Assembly: GCA_963793865.1 (NCBI GenBank)
Contig: CAWCBP010000001.1
Span: forward strand, 448,001-512,000
Source of the DNA: an uncultured delta proteobacterium
GTDB lineage: Bacteria; Desulfobacterota; WTBG01
Reading direction: 5' to 3'
DNA length: 64,000 nucleotides
In this document: positions 52,733-63,229 of the stretch, piece after piece
Position numbering within the stretch: the stretch's first letter is position 1
Layout: the number at the start of each line of letters is the position of its first letter
Program-made: the position numbers and the translations under genes
Notes under the pieces: model-generated
The model's input: only the letters and a program-made list of their open reading frames with translations
What the model was told of the DNA's origin: nothing
Databases searched by the model: none

Positions 52733-54481
52733 ATGGCGGTTGGAACACTTCCCGACCCGAAAGAACTGGAAAAAGAGCTGAACGAGTACCTCACCAAGAA
52801 GTACGGCGACCGGATCAAATTGGCCACGCCGGTGGCCATGCCGCTGAAGGAAGAAGGGGTGCTTGATGGAGAGGGGGAAGCGCCCTCGCGGTCAAGGAAA
52901 ATAGCCTTTGATTTAAAGCCGGAAGAGCTGGAAGCCTATCTTGACCAGTTCGTGGTCAGACAGGGCGATGCCAAGGAGGTGCTGGCCACCAAAATTTGCA
53001 CCCACTTTAAACGAATACAGTACCGGGAGGCATGCCGGGGCCGGGACAATTCCGACCGGGTGGGAATGATCAAGAACAACATCATCATGATCGGTCCCAC
53101 GGGTGTGGGGAAAACCTACCTCATCAGGCTCATCGCCAAAAAGATCGGCGTACCCTTCGTGAAGGGGGATGCCACCAAGTTCAGCGAAACCGGGTACGTG
53201 GGCGGCGACGTGGAGGACCTGGTGAGAGACCTGGTGCGCGAAGCGGACGGCGACATTGAGCTCGCCCAGTGCGGGATCATTTACATCGATGAAATAGATA
53301 AAATAGCCTCGGGCGGCACGGTCATCGGCATCGACGTATCACGCACCGGGGTGCAGAGGTGCCTGCTGAAGCCCATGGAGGAAACCGAGGTTGACCTTAA
53401 GGTTCCCCACGACCTGGTGTCGCAGATGGAGGCCATGGAGCAGTTTCGCAAAACGGGCAAGAAGGAGAAGCGGGTCATCAACACCAGGGACATCCTGTTT
53501 ATCGTGAGCGGGGCCTTCAACGGCCTGAGCGAGACCATCAGAAAGCGTGTGGCCAGACAGGGGATCGGATTCGGCGCGGAGCTTAGGAAGAGCGATAATG
53601 ACGCGGACTATCTGAAAATGGTGACCCCGGAGGACCTGATCAATTACGGGTTTGAATCGGAATTCGTGGGCAGGCTGCCGGTGGCCACCGTGTTTGACAG
53701 GCTGGAAGTGGATGACCTGTTTCACATACTCAGGCACCGCAACAGCACGGTGATTAACGCCAAAAAACGGGATTTCCGGTCCTACGGCATCGATCTGCGC
53801 TTCGAGGAGGATGCCCTCTACACCCTTGCGGAGCGCGCCTGCGGACACAATACCGGTGCCCGGGGCCTGGTCAGCGCGGTGGAAGGCGTGCTGATGAAGT
53901 TTGAGAAGAAACTTCCCTCGACCTCCATCAAACGACTGCTGGTGACCAGGGCGCTGGTGGACGATCCCGCCGGATCACTGCAGGCGCTGTTGGAGCAGGG
54001 GGAGAGCAGCGTCGACAGGAAGCGGTACCGGAGGGCGGTTCTCAAGGAAAAGAAGGAATTGCGGGAGCACATTGTCAGGCAGAAGAACAGCTTTCCCCGG
54101 GAGCAGCGGGATCTGCTGAAGGGTGCACGGCTTTCGCTCCTGATCGACCGGGTGGTGATGAAGGGCTCCGAGGTGACCGCCGTGCTCGAAAAGATCCATT
54201 CGCTGATTGAGGAGGTCAGGCAGTACGAGGAGCTCTTTTTTGAGGAATGCGGAATTAAGATCGTGTTTGAAGACCGGGCGGTAGACAGCCTGATAAAGCG
54301 CTCTTTGGAGGAGGGAACCGCCGTGGAGGAGCTTTTAAGCGCGCTGCTGAAGAATTATCAGCGCGGGCTCACGCTGATCCAGGAGAAGAACGGCATTCAC
54401 CAGTTTGCCCTCAGCCGCGAGGCATTGCGGGATCCGGAGGGGTACCTGGACCGCCTCATTAAACAATCTTACTCACACTGA
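52733..54481 (+). CDS. ClpX-like AAA+ ATPase lacking the N-terminal zinc domain, with C-terminal extension
   Basis: [43 protein letters not shown]. Confidence 0.88.
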   Translation: MAVGTLPDPKELEKELNEYLTKKYGDRIKLATPVAMPLKEEGVLDGEGEAPSRSRKIAFDLKPEELEAYLDQFVVRQGDAKEVLATKICTHFKRIQYREACRGRDNSDRVGMIKNNIIMIGPTGVGKTYLIRLIAKKIGVPFVKGDATKFSETGYVGGDVEDLVRDLVREADGDIELAQCGIIYIDEIDKIASGGTVIGIDVSRTGVQRCLLKPMEETEVDLKVPHDLVSQMEAMEQFRKTGKKEKRVINTRDILFIVSGAFNGLSETIRKRVARQGIGFGAELRKSDNDADYLKMVTPEDLINYGFESEFVGRLPVATVFDRLEVDDLFHILRHRNSTVINAKKRDFRSYGIDLRFEEDALYTLAERACGHNTGARGLVSAVEGVLMKFEKKLPSTSIKRLLVTRALVDDPAGSLQALLEQGESSVDRKRYRRAVLKEKKELREHIVRQKNSFPREQRDLLKGARLSLLIDRVVMKGSEVTAVLEKIHSLIEEVRQYEELFFEECGIKIVFEDRAVDSLIKRSLEEGTAVEELLSALLKNYQRGLTLIQEKNGIHQFALSREALRDPEGYLDRLIKQSYSH

Positions 54482-54491
54482 ACGGAAGGCC

Positions 54492-55466
54492 ATGGCTGCA
54501 AAAAGAGATTACTACGACATTCTGGGGGTAAAAAAAACCGCCTCGGAGGAAGAGATCAAGAAGGCCTATCGCAAGCAGGCCCTCAAGTATCATCCGGACA
54601 GGAATCAGGGCAACAAGGAGTCGGAGGAGCGGTTCAAGGAGGTGAGCGAGGCCTACGCGGTGCTCAGCGATAAGAAAAAGAAGCAGGAATATGATGCCGT
54701 GGGATACTCGGGATTTCACCGCCGCTACAGCCAGGAGGACATTTTCAGAGGCTTTGATATCGGCGACCTGTTCAAGGATTCCGGCTTGGGGACGGAGGAC
54801 ATTTTCAGCACCCTCTTCGGCGGAGGCAGGAGAACGTCGAAAACGGTCAACTTCCAGGATTTCTTCAATGCATACGGCCGTGACGCGGGCGGGGGCCCCT
54901 TTTCGGGAGCTGCGGGAGGCCGCTACTACAGTCCGCCCCAGAAGGGTGCGGACGCCATCTACGACCTGTCCATAACCCTGGAGGAGGCCGCCGCCGGCAC
55001 CTCCAAGCAGATCGCCTTCCGGGACGAAGACGAAACCCTGAACAGGGTGAACATCAAGATTCCCCCCGGCATCAGCACCGGGAAAAAGCTGAGAATCGCG
55101 GGTAAGGGACAGCGCGGATCGGAGGGGGGCCAGCACGGCGATTTGTATATCAGGATAACCGTGCTCGATCATCCCCTCTTCAAGCGGGAGGGGAGCGATC
55201 TCTATTGTGACAAGGAGATTCAGTTCACCCAGGCGGCACTGGGGTCCACCATAGAGGTGCCCACCCTGGAAGGCGCGACGCGGAAGGTGAAAGTCCCGGC
55301 AGGCACGCAAAGCCACAGCAGGATCAGGTTGCGGGGATACGGTCTTCCCCACTTTCAGGGAAAGGGAAAGGGCGATCTCTACGTGCGGATGGTGGTGAAG
55401 GTCCCCGCCAGGTTCGACAGGCATCAGCGCGGCCTGCTTGAGGAGCTGGCGAAGGAAGGCATCTGA
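54492..55466 (+). CDS. Class B J-domain chaperone (DnaJ/CbpA-like, no zinc finger)
   Basis: [14 protein letters not shown] region with DIF motifs, C-terminal domain. Confidence 0.93.
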   Translation: MAAKRDYYDILGVKKTASEEEIKKAYRKQALKYHPDRNQGNKESEERFKEVSEAYAVLSDKKKKQEYDAVGYSGFHRRYSQEDIFRGFDIGDLFKDSGLGTEDIFSTLFGGGRRTSKTVNFQDFFNAYGRDAGGGPFSGAAGGRYYSPPQKGADAIYDLSITLEEAAAGTSKQIAFRDEDETLNRVNIKIPPGISTGKKLRIAGKGQRGSEGGQHGDLYIRITVLDHPLFKREGSDLYCDKEIQFTQAALGSTIEVPTLEGATRKVKVPAGTQSHSRIRLRGYGLPHFQGKGKGDLYVRMVVKVPARFDRHQRGLLEELAKEGI

Positions 55467-55528
55467 GAAGACTTCGCGGTGATGGAAGATGATGGGATAT
55501 GCAGACGGGGGCAGCCGCGGGCCGCCCC

Positions 55529-55870
55529 TTATTTTTTCATGAAGCCGAATTTGACCTTCTGCTCCTCGCCGTTCTGGCCTCCATTGCCGGGCATTCCCCC
55601 GTCCATCTGCTTCTTGAGCCGGTGAACGGTGAGGGTCAATTCCTGCATCGATTTTTCCCTTTCCTTAATGGTGGCCTCGTATGTGCCCGCCTGCTCAAGC
55701 AGCTGCTTGAGCGCCTGGTCCCGGGCCTGCAGCTCCTCTTTCAGACCGCTGATGATGTTTTCCAGCTCCGCCACTTTGGACTGGTGGCTTTTCATGGCCT
55801 CATCGTAATATCGTTTCTGGTCAAGGTATTTCTGAATGATTGAGAAGTCAGCGTAGGATTCCTGTGCCAT
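55529..55870 (-). CDS. Hypothetical coiled-coil protein
   Basis: Heptad-rich helix; GGAG RBS; downstream of the PilT-like gene. Confidence 0.72.
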   Translation of the reverse strand: MAQESYADFSIIQKYLDQKRYYDEAMKSHQSKVAELENIISGLKEELQARDQALKQLLEQAGTYEATIKEREKSMQELTLTVHRLKKQMDGGMPGNGGQNGEEQKVKFGFMKK

Positions 55871-55906
55871 GGTTTTTCTCCGTACCGCGGTGATCTCGCA
55901 ATACCG

Positions 55907-57004
55907 TTAATTGGCGGAGCGGATGCCGCCCAGTTCGTCGATGCCCAGCTGCTCGCGCATGAGGTCGAACTCGCTCTGCCGCAGGGTGGAGCTGAGCGCC
56001 TCGTCAAGATTGATCATCTTGTTGGCAAGCAGCGCCAGCAGGGACTGCTCAAGCGACTGCATGCCGTAGTGGACCACCGATTTTTCAATCTGCTCCAGTA
56101 TTTCCTTGTACTGGTTGTGGGCGATCATTTTTTTTATGGCGGCGGTGGCGATGAGTATCTCCACCGCGGGGATTCTTCCCGCCGCGTCCACCCGGTTAAT
56201 CAGCCTCTGGGAGATGGCGCCGATGAGCACGCTGGCCAGCTGAAGCTTGACCTGGTTTTGCTGATCGTTGGGGAATATGTCGATGATGCGGGAAACCGCC
56301 TCATAGGTGTTGTTGGCGTGCATGGTGCTGAAGATGAGATGCCCGGTTTCCGCGGCATTCATGGCGATGGAGGTGGTTTCAATGTCCCGCATCTCCCCGA
56401 TGAGGATGACATCGGGGTCCTGCCTGAGCGCGTCCTTGAGGGCGTGGGCAAAGCTCGGGGTGTCGATTCCCACTTCCCGCTGGCTGATGATGGAGTTCTC
56501 GTTTTTAAAGAGGTACTCGATGGGATCTTCGATGGTGACGATGTGCAGGCTGTTGGTTTGATTGATAAGCTGGACCATGGCGGCCAGGGTTGATGATTTT
56601 CCGCAGCCGGTCGGCCCGGTGACGATCACCAGCCCCTGGGGCTTGGTGCAGAAGTTTTTTATTACCTGGGGAAGATTGAGGGACTCGATGGTCGGGATAT
56701 CAAAGGGTATATTCCTGAAGACCAGCGAGGTGGTGCCGCGCTGGCGGAAGATGTTCACCCTGAACCTGCCCACGCCCGGAACGGAATACGCCGTGTCGAT
56801 GGAAAATTTTTGCTGAAATTTCTTTTTCAGGTTGTCATTCAAAATGGTTTCCGCCATGGCATCAATTTCTTCGCTGGACAACGGGGAATGGTCGCCCCGG
56901 CAGAGGTTGCCGTCGATGCGCATGATGGGAGGCAGCATGGAACGGATGTGCAGGTCCGATGCGTTTTTTTGCTTTATCTCGGTCAGAAGCGTGGTTAAGA
57001 GCAT
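55907..57004 (-). CDS. pilT: PilT/PilU-family type IV pilus ATPase
   Basis: ASDLH, RFRVN, GPTGCGKS, TIEDPIE, LRQDPD, GEMRD, AETGH; AIRNLIRE box diverged (AIKKMIAH). Confidence 0.85.
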   Translation of the reverse strand: MLLTTLLTEIKQKNASDLHIRSMLPPIMRIDGNLCRGDHSPLSSEEIDAMAETILNDNLKKKFQQKFSIDTAYSVPGVGRFRVNIFRQRGTTSLVFRNIPFDIPTIESLNLPQVIKNFCTKPQGLVIVTGPTGCGKSSTLAAMVQLINQTNSLHIVTIEDPIEYLFKNENSIISQREVGIDTPSFAHALKDALRQDPDVILIGEMRDIETTSIAMNAAETGHLIFSTMHANNTYEAVSRIIDIFPNDQQNQVKLQLASVLIGAISQRLINRVDAAGRIPAVEILIATAAIKKMIAHNQYKEILEQIEKSVVHYGMQSLEQSLLALLANKMINLDEALSSTLRQSEFDLMREQLGIDELGGIRSAN

Positions 57005-57176
57005 AGGCAGTTTCTTACAGATGGTCTGTGCAAATGGCCTCTTGTATGGTTCGCGGCCGGACGCCGGTACACTTTCATGGGCCGGTTCCGGCATGCATGC
57101 TACCTAATTGTATCGGAGACTCCATAAATAACTTTAGCAAAACCGGCTGTTTTAATACGAAAATAAGGTCTGCGTT

Positions 57177-57245
57177 GTAGGGGCGACCGGCCGGTCGCCC
57201 CTACATTCGAATCCCATACCGGATCCCCGCTTTCGCGGGGATGCC
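57177..57245. repeat. GTAG-REP palindrome plus dRS3/RPE-like hairpin
   Basis: Same 28-mer as 5835; ggatccccgctttcgcggggatgcc. Confidence 0.9.
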
Positions 57246-57318
57246 GGTCGGTGAAAGGGAATTCAGTCCTTCCCACACCCCCCATCCGGTTCTAATAAAG
57301 TGCACACCCCGAAAGCAT

Positions 57319-57346
57319 TAAAGTATTAACCCCATGCTGTCGATAA
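57319..57346 (+). promoter_or_regulatory. Sigma28 (FliA)-type promoter
   Basis: TAAAG-N15-GTCGATAA. Confidence 0.55.
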
Positions 57347-57473
57347 CAGTGAGTGCACAATATAATACCATTTCCTGACCATGCATACGCCGCCTTACCC
57401 GGTTACTTCTTTAATCAAACGGCTGCAGTTGACGTCCTGACCTCAGGCTTTGGAAGCTTGCCAAGGGGAGCAC

Positions 57474-58976
57474 ATGAAAGGGAAGAACAAGTTTAACGAT
57501 CCCAGGCTGCAATTTATTTCCAATATTTCATCCCTGGTGACCTCGGTTTTTGACCTGGACCACCTGCTGGGAATGATCATTGAATCCGCCACCGAGGTGA
57601 TGAAAGCCCGGGCCAGTTCGCTGCTGCTGCTTGATAAAAAAACCGATACGCTCTACTTCCAGGTCGCCACCGGGGAAAAGAGCGATGACGTGAAGAAATT
57701 TGAAGTCGGCCTGGGTGAAGGCATCGCGGGATACGTGGCAAAAACGGGCAAGCCGCTGCTGGTGGAGGATGTCAGCACGGATGCCCTGTGGGATAAGAAG
57801 ATAAGCGAGTCCATCGGCTTTGATACCACATCCATTGCCTGCGTCCCCATGAAGATCGGTGAGGAAGTGATCGGCGTGGTTGAAATTATTGACCGGGAGG
57901 ACGGCAATCCCATCCGGCGGGAGGACATGGAAATGCTGGAGGCCTTTGCCAACCTGGCGGCGCTGGCCATCGTCAAGGCAAAGGAGTATCGCAAGGTCAT
58001 TGATGAAAATGCAGGCCTCAAAAATCAGCTGGAGATGAAATACCGGATTGTGGGAGAGAGCAAGGAGATACAGAAGGTGATTACCGACGCCCTCAAGGTG
58101 GCCAATTCCAAGACCACCGTCTTGATTGAAGGGGAGAGCGGGACGGGCAAGGAGCTGCTGGCGCGCCTGATCCACCGGTCCGGGCAGCGCCGGGACCAGC
58201 CCTTCGTGATTGTCAACTGCGGCGCCCTTCCCGAAACCCTTTTGGAGGCCGAGCTCTTCGGCCATGAAAAGGGTTCCTTCACCGGCGCGCTCTACAAGAA
58301 GATCGGGCTGTTTGAGACCGCCGACGGCGGCACCATATTCCTCGACGAAATCGGCGAGATGAGCCAGACCATGCAGGTGAAGCTGCTGCGGGTCCTCCAG
58401 GAAGGCAGCTTCAACCGCATCGGCAGCTCCGTGCCCATAACCGTTGATGTCAGGGTTGTCTCCGCGACCAACAAGCAGTTAAATAAGATGACCAGGGAAG
58501 GCAAGTTCCGCGAGGACCTGTTTTACCGGCTCAACGTGATCCAGTTGAAGATTCCTCCGCTCCGGGAGCGCCGGGAGGACATTGGCGTGCTGGCGCACTA
58601 CTTCCTGCGCAAGTATACCAGCGAGCGGGGCCTGCGCAAGCTGGAGTTCTCATCGGAAGCCATGAAGGCAATTTTGAGCTACGACTGGCCGGGGAATGTG
58701 CGCGAGCTTGAAAATGCCATCGAGCGGGCGGTGGTGATGGGCGACGGGGAAAAGATCGGCGTTGCGGACCTGCCCATCGGCAAAACCGATTCAGGACTGC
58801 AGAGCGGGGTGGAGGTGGGGATGACCCTGAAAGAGGCTCAGGATATTTTCAAAAAGGAGTTTTTGACCAAGACCCTGGCCTACACCCACGGCAACCGGAA
58901 AAAGGCTGCCGATATCATGGGGATTCAGCGCACCTATCTCTCCCGGTTGATCAGTGAATTCAATTTGCGGCTGTGA
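57474..58976 (+). CDS. GAF-domain sigma54-dependent Fis-family activator
   Basis: [45 protein letters not shown]-terminal HTH. Confidence 0.94.
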   Translation: MKGKNKFNDPRLQFISNISSLVTSVFDLDHLLGMIIESATEVMKARASSLLLLDKKTDTLYFQVATGEKSDDVKKFEVGLGEGIAGYVAKTGKPLLVEDVSTDALWDKKISESIGFDTTSIACVPMKIGEEVIGVVEIIDREDGNPIRREDMEMLEAFANLAALAIVKAKEYRKVIDENAGLKNQLEMKYRIVGESKEIQKVITDALKVANSKTTVLIEGESGTGKELLARLIHRSGQRRDQPFVIVNCGALPETLLEAELFGHEKGSFTGALYKKIGLFETADGGTIFLDEIGEMSQTMQVKLLRVLQEGSFNRIGSSVPITVDVRVVSATNKQLNKMTREGKFREDLFYRLNVIQLKIPPLRERREDIGVLAHYFLRKYTSERGLRKLEFSSEAMKAILSYDWPGNVRELENAIERAVVMGDGEKIGVADLPIGKTDSGLQSGVEVGMTLKEAQDIFKKEFLTKTLAYTHGNRKKAADIMGIQRTYLSRLISEFNLRL

Positions 58977-59003
58977 CGACAGGCAGCGGCGGGCACCCGT
59001 CAA

Positions 59004-59282
59004 TCATTCGTCAATGGAAAACGCGCAGATGGATAAAGCGATGACGATCAGGGCATTGATCGCCCCGGTGATGAAAAAAAACAATGCCGCGTAGTTGAAC
59101 TGGAATGACTGGTGGACGAACTTATCATAGTTGTACACGTATCCCCAGTACATGGCAAAAAGTATGGCGGCTAACAGCCCGGCGGCATATTTTTTAAAGC
59201 CCAGGCAGGATATCATAATAATGATCAGTACCACCATCTGCCACAGCGGGATTTCGAGTACGATATCGGTAGTGAGTTCCAT
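59004..59282 (-). CDS. Small three-TM hypothetical membrane protein
   Basis: MELTTDIVLEIPLWQ...; GGAGG RBS; sigma54 promoter upstream. Confidence 0.78.
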   Translation of the reverse strand: MELTTDIVLEIPLWQMVVLIIIMISCLGFKKYAAGLLAAILFAMYWGYVYNYDKFVHQSFQFNYAALFFFITGAINALIVIALSICAFSIDE

Positions 59283-59404
59283 GACAATGCCCCTCCCTGA
59301 CCTATACACAGCCTAAGCCTCAGCATGGTGCCCGCCGGCCGTGCGCAGTCTCTTTCACCGCTTACGATCCAGACATATCCCGAACAATGATGCATAAATA
59401 TATT

Positions 59405-59420
59405 TGCAAGCTCTGTGCCA
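59405..59420 (-). promoter_or_regulatory. Sigma54 -24/-12 promoter
   Basis: Minus strand TGGCAC-AGAGC-TTGCA, exact consensus. Confidence 0.85.
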
Positions 59421-59596
59421 GGCGGCACGCGGCTGCCGGAAGCATAATCCTCGTGCGCATCAATGATACGCCCCGATAGTATGGCTACCTGGTATATAAA
59501 AGTGCAATGAATGAAAAAAATGAGTATACAACCGTGAGCCGGTCCGGTGAGACGATAAGGATTGAGTGCCCCGGGGAGAAAAGATTGGCGGGAGGT

Positions 59597-60516
59597 TTAT
59601 TGCCGACTCTTGAAAAAATCAACCGTGTGCCTGAGCCCTTCGGTGAGTGGCATGGTCGGCGCCCAGCCCAGAACGGCACGGGCCTTTTGTAGGAGAGGAC
59701 GCTGCGCAGCTGCTCGCCGGGCATGGCCGGTCCGTGCACCTCGGGGGTGCCGGGAGCCACTAATGATCTGATCTCATTGAAAATGGTATTGATGGATGTC
59801 TCTACGCCGGTGCCGATATTTATTTCACCGGTCACCTCATGCTGTAATGCCAGCAGATTGGCCCGGGCAACATCACCCACGTAGACAAAATCCCTGGTCT
59901 GATTGCCGTCTCCATTAATGACCGGCTGATCGCCCTTCAGCATGCGCTGACAGAATATGGCCACAACCCCGGCCTCGCCGAAGGGATCCTGCCGCGGGCC
60001 ATAGACATTGGCATAGCGGAGTACCGTGTAGGGAAGACGGTGGGTGGAAAAATAAAAGAAAAGGTATTTCTCCACGCTCAGCTTGGCGATGGCGTAAGGG
60101 CTGAGCGGACGGGTGGGGTGATTTTCATCCGCGGGGAAATAGTCCTGTTCCCCGTACAGCGCCCCGCCGGTGGATGAAAAAATAATCTTTTTAACCTGAT
60201 AGTCCTTACAGTGCTCAAGCAGCATGAGGGAACCTTTAATATTTATTTCCATATCGCGCAGGGGATCTTTGACTGAATCTCTCACCGAGATCTGGGCCGC
60301 GTGGTGGATCACCACTTCGGGTTTTTCTTCCCTGATGATGCCGACAAGCGCTTGGTCGAGGATGCTTACATGGTAGAAGGCGGCACGGGGATTTATATTT
60401 TCCCTCTTGCCGTTAGAAAGGTCGTCGACGATGACTACGGCATGACCGTTTTCTATCAGCAGATCTGCAACGTGGGAGGCGATAAAGCCCGCCCCGCCGG
60501 TAATGACAATTTTCAT
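59597..60516 (-). CDS. galE: UDP-glucose 4-epimerase-like NAD-dependent epimerase, frameshift near 59686
   Basis: TGGAGFIASH, SSTGG, YAIAK, YANVYGPRQ; one more A in an A4 run restores KARAVLGWAP..LTEGLRHTVDFF. Confidence 0.85.
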
Positions 60517-60654
60517 GCTTAACTCCTTGAAGTATTGCGGGCCTGGCGACAGCACATCCCCAAACGCCATGGTATTACATGGACTTCTTCTATCATAGAT
60601 GCGGCGGGAATAAAAGCAGTTTTTATTTTAACAGCAGCCCCGTCTTGTTTTCCG

Positions 60655-60669
60655 TGAAAATCATTCTCA
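60655..60669. promoter_or_regulatory. Fur-family box
   Basis: TGAAAAT-C-ATTCTCA, 7-1-7 inverted repeat. Confidence 0.55.
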
Positions 60670-60936
60670 TTCCCCCGCGACGAGTCTTAAGGCGATCATA
60701 CACCCTGCGCCCGGCCATAAGCAGGTTAAAGTTTTCATGTTATTCTTCCGAAGAACAGGTGCAGGTGGAGTCCTTTTGACCGGGATGCACCGGTGATGAG
60801 ACGCTTCGCGGATCCTGCCCTGCGGGCAAACGAAGGGCTCCGAATGACATGCGAAGGGCATGGAAGGACAATCGCAGGAGTGGGGCACCTTTCATGTCAC
60901 GCAACGCAATTAACACTATAGGTGAGGTGAGGAACA

Positions 60937-61755
60937 GTGGGTAAAAGCCATGGTGGCGTAGTTGTGAGCGCTCTGTTCATTGTACTGCTTTTTATGAATT
61001 CCGTTCACGCGCAGTCTCCCAATCCAAGTTATCCTACGCCTGAGGATGGAGCTTCGGATCAGTCCCTCTTTGCCACACTTGCGTGGTGGGAAAGTGAATC
61101 CCGGGAGCGCGTGGAGGGGATCATTCGTCAGAGCGTCTATTTTTCCCAGGATCCTGCGCAGGTTGAGGAGGAAAGCTTCAGCGCGCTCGTCTGCGACAAT
61201 CTGCGTGTTCCCTACTGTGACCCGAACCGGGGAAGCGGCCAGCTCAGCCCCGACACGACCTATTACTGGAAGGTGCGTGTGGTCGATGAATACAGCCAAA
61301 GCACGCCAGTCCACAGTGACATCTGGAGCTTTACCACCGCAACGGCCGAGCCGCCATTTCCCTGTTTTACTTCCCTTGCGCTGCCGTTGACGGGGGCGGA
61401 TATGGGTGCCTTGCGAAGGGTTCGGGACGAGGTGCTCGCCGCGACTCCTGAGGGGAGACAGTTGATCGATATTTATTATTCTCCCCATGCCGTTGAAGCG
61501 CTGGTGATCTCCTTCTTCAACCCGCGGGCGAGGGTAGCAGCGTACAGCCTGGTTAAAGAAGCACTGCCCGCAATACAGTCCCGGCTCAGGGGAGAACGGG
61601 CCGTCATCGAAAGCGGTACGCGTGCCCATGCTGATGCGATGCTGGCATTGTTTGAACGGGAAGCCTCGCCTGAGTTTAAGAAGATCATTGCAGGCCTGCG
61701 GGAAAGTTTCATGCAGGGATCGCTGATTGAGAAATTAGGATTTTCGCAGAAGTAG
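60937..61755 (+). CDS. Secreted protein: FN3-like domain plus CFI-box-like C-terminal domain
   Basis: Signal peptide; LSPDTTYYWKV..IWSFTT; PCF..LRRVRDEVLAATPEGRQLIDIYY. Confidence 0.78.
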   Translation: MGKSHGGVVVSALFIVLLFMNSVHAQSPNPSYPTPEDGASDQSLFATLAWWESESRERVEGIIRQSVYFSQDPAQVEEESFSALVCDNLRVPYCDPNRGSGQLSPDTTYYWKVRVVDEYSQSTPVHSDIWSFTTATAEPPFPCFTSLALPLTGADMGALRRVRDEVLAATPEGRQLIDIYYSPHAVEALVISFFNPRARVAAYSLVKEALPAIQSRLRGERAVIESGTRAHADAMLALFEREASPEFKKIIAGLRESFMQGSLIEKLGFSQK

Positions 61756-61832
61756 TAATTTCGGTTAGAAAATAGCTTATTGGGGGACGCGCTCACCGTA
61801 ACCCCTCCCCCGGTCGGGAGCGGGCAATTGAC

Positions 61833-61918
61833 AATTTTCATGCATGGTGGTGCCCCCCAAGGCCATGGGGGTTTACATGAAAATAAAGATTGTTTGTAGG
61901 GGCGACCGGCCGGTCGCC
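61833..61918. repeat. ATTTTCATG..CATGAAAAT palindrome plus truncated GTAG-REP
   Basis: 9-bp IR with inner CCCCC/GGGGG; REP at 61896-61918; between convergent genes. Confidence 0.75.
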
Positions 61919-61919
61919 T

Positions 61920-63071
61920 TTAATATTTGAAAAAATATTCATGTCCCTGCGTGAGCATCTCAGCCCCTTGCCGGGTCAATTCCCGTAAGGCCTTCATCAT
62001 GTCCTCCCGGTCCGGGGGACATCCGCCGACCCGGGGTTCAGTCTCCGCGCTGTTTGACGCGCACTCTCCGATGGTGATCATCGCTCCGCCTGCGGTGACC
62101 GGGGTTGTACCCAGCGCAACGGTAAGGGGATGTTTGAACACCCGGTTTTCCTGAGCCAGCTGGCGGAGGGCTGAAAACAGGGGAATGATGCATCCGCTGC
62201 AGGCTGTATCCTCCCCCCGGATTGTAAGATCGGGGAATGTCTTCCCGAGCCACTCTGAGGGAAGCTCATAATGCATCTTCAGTCCCTTGATATCATCCCC
62301 TCTGATATCGATCTCCGCAAGACGCATCTCTCCCAATCCCGCGTGGAATGCCAGCCGGACCGTTTTTATCTCCCCGGGGCTTAAACCCATGAGCGCGGTG
62401 CTGACGCTGTCCGCGGCCACGATATCTCTTCCTGCCAGGACAAAGGATGCCTTCTGCCCGGGCTGGGTGGTAAAGTCCACCACGTTCATGAACGGCCTGA
62501 TGATGGTGTTGAGGGCGACGACCGCGCCGTCGAGGCCAACGCGATGAAACAGCGGCTTGTCCTCCCGCTTCACAAATCCTTTGAGGTTCTTCATGGCGAT
62601 GGATACGGTGGTCAGGTAGTGCGTTTTTGGGACGGGAAGGTTAATGATCCGGTCATGCAGGAAGGCATGCTCTGAAATTTTGAATTCGGCAGGCAGGTCG
62701 GGGGAAGCGTCCTTGAAGGTACGGTAGGGGTGTTCATCAAAAAGCACCCAGGAGGCGCTGCTGCGTTCGCAGACCTCCGAGATGCCTGTTGTGGTAAAGC
62801 ATTCCCTGAGCGCATGGTCAGCGGTAAAGTAGCTTGGCCCTTCTCCCACCGTTACCGCACGCGCCCCCCGCCGATGGCAGCAGTGTATCACCGCCTCTAC
62901 CAGGAGAGGGCTGGTAGTCTGCCCGGTGGTGTAGGCAAGGGGCTCAAACAGGTTGGGCTTGAGCAGAATTGACTCACCGCTCAGGCTGTCAGGAAGGCCT
63001 GCACGACTCAGCAGCAGCTCCACGGCGGCAGACAGGGACTGATTTATTTTTTCTATGCAGACAAGGGACAT
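61920..63071 (-). CDS. DUF362 domain protein with C-terminal Cys motifs (putative Fe-S)
   Basis: ILLKPN, VGEG, INLPVPKTH, MKNLKG, DIVAAD, ACSGC, GEC, GCPP. Confidence 0.88.
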   Translation of the reverse strand: MSLVCIEKINQSLSAAVELLLSRAGLPDSLSGESILLKPNLFEPLAYTTGQTTSPLLVEAVIHCCHRRGARAVTVGEGPSYFTADHALRECFTTTGISEVCERSSASWVLFDEHPYRTFKDASPDLPAEFKISEHAFLHDRIINLPVPKTHYLTTVSIAMKNLKGFVKREDKPLFHRVGLDGAVVALNTIIRPFMNVVDFTTQPGQKASFVLAGRDIVAADSVSTALMGLSPGEIKTVRLAFHAGLGEMRLAEIDIRGDDIKGLKMHYELPSEWLGKTFPDLTIRGEDTACSGCIIPLFSALRQLAQENRVFKHPLTVALGTTPVTAGGAMITIGECASNSAETEPRVGGCPPDREDMMKALRELTRQGAEMLTQGHEYFFKY

Positions 63072-63229
63072 GCTGGTTGGACCGCCGGCGTTGGGCGTGC
63101 GCATCCGCGCGCGGGCTGTTTTTTATTGACAATTGCAAGGCGATATAATAATAAAAAATTATTGGCGCAATGTAAACAATTAAACAAAGCACCCGTAGCG
63201 TGCTCCTGAGCGTAAGGAGCGTTTTATTT

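Noticed and set aside
63126..63154. TTGACA/TATAAT promoter
   Set aside because: The two hexamers are only 12 bp apart; a promoter is likely in this AT-rich region but cannot be placed
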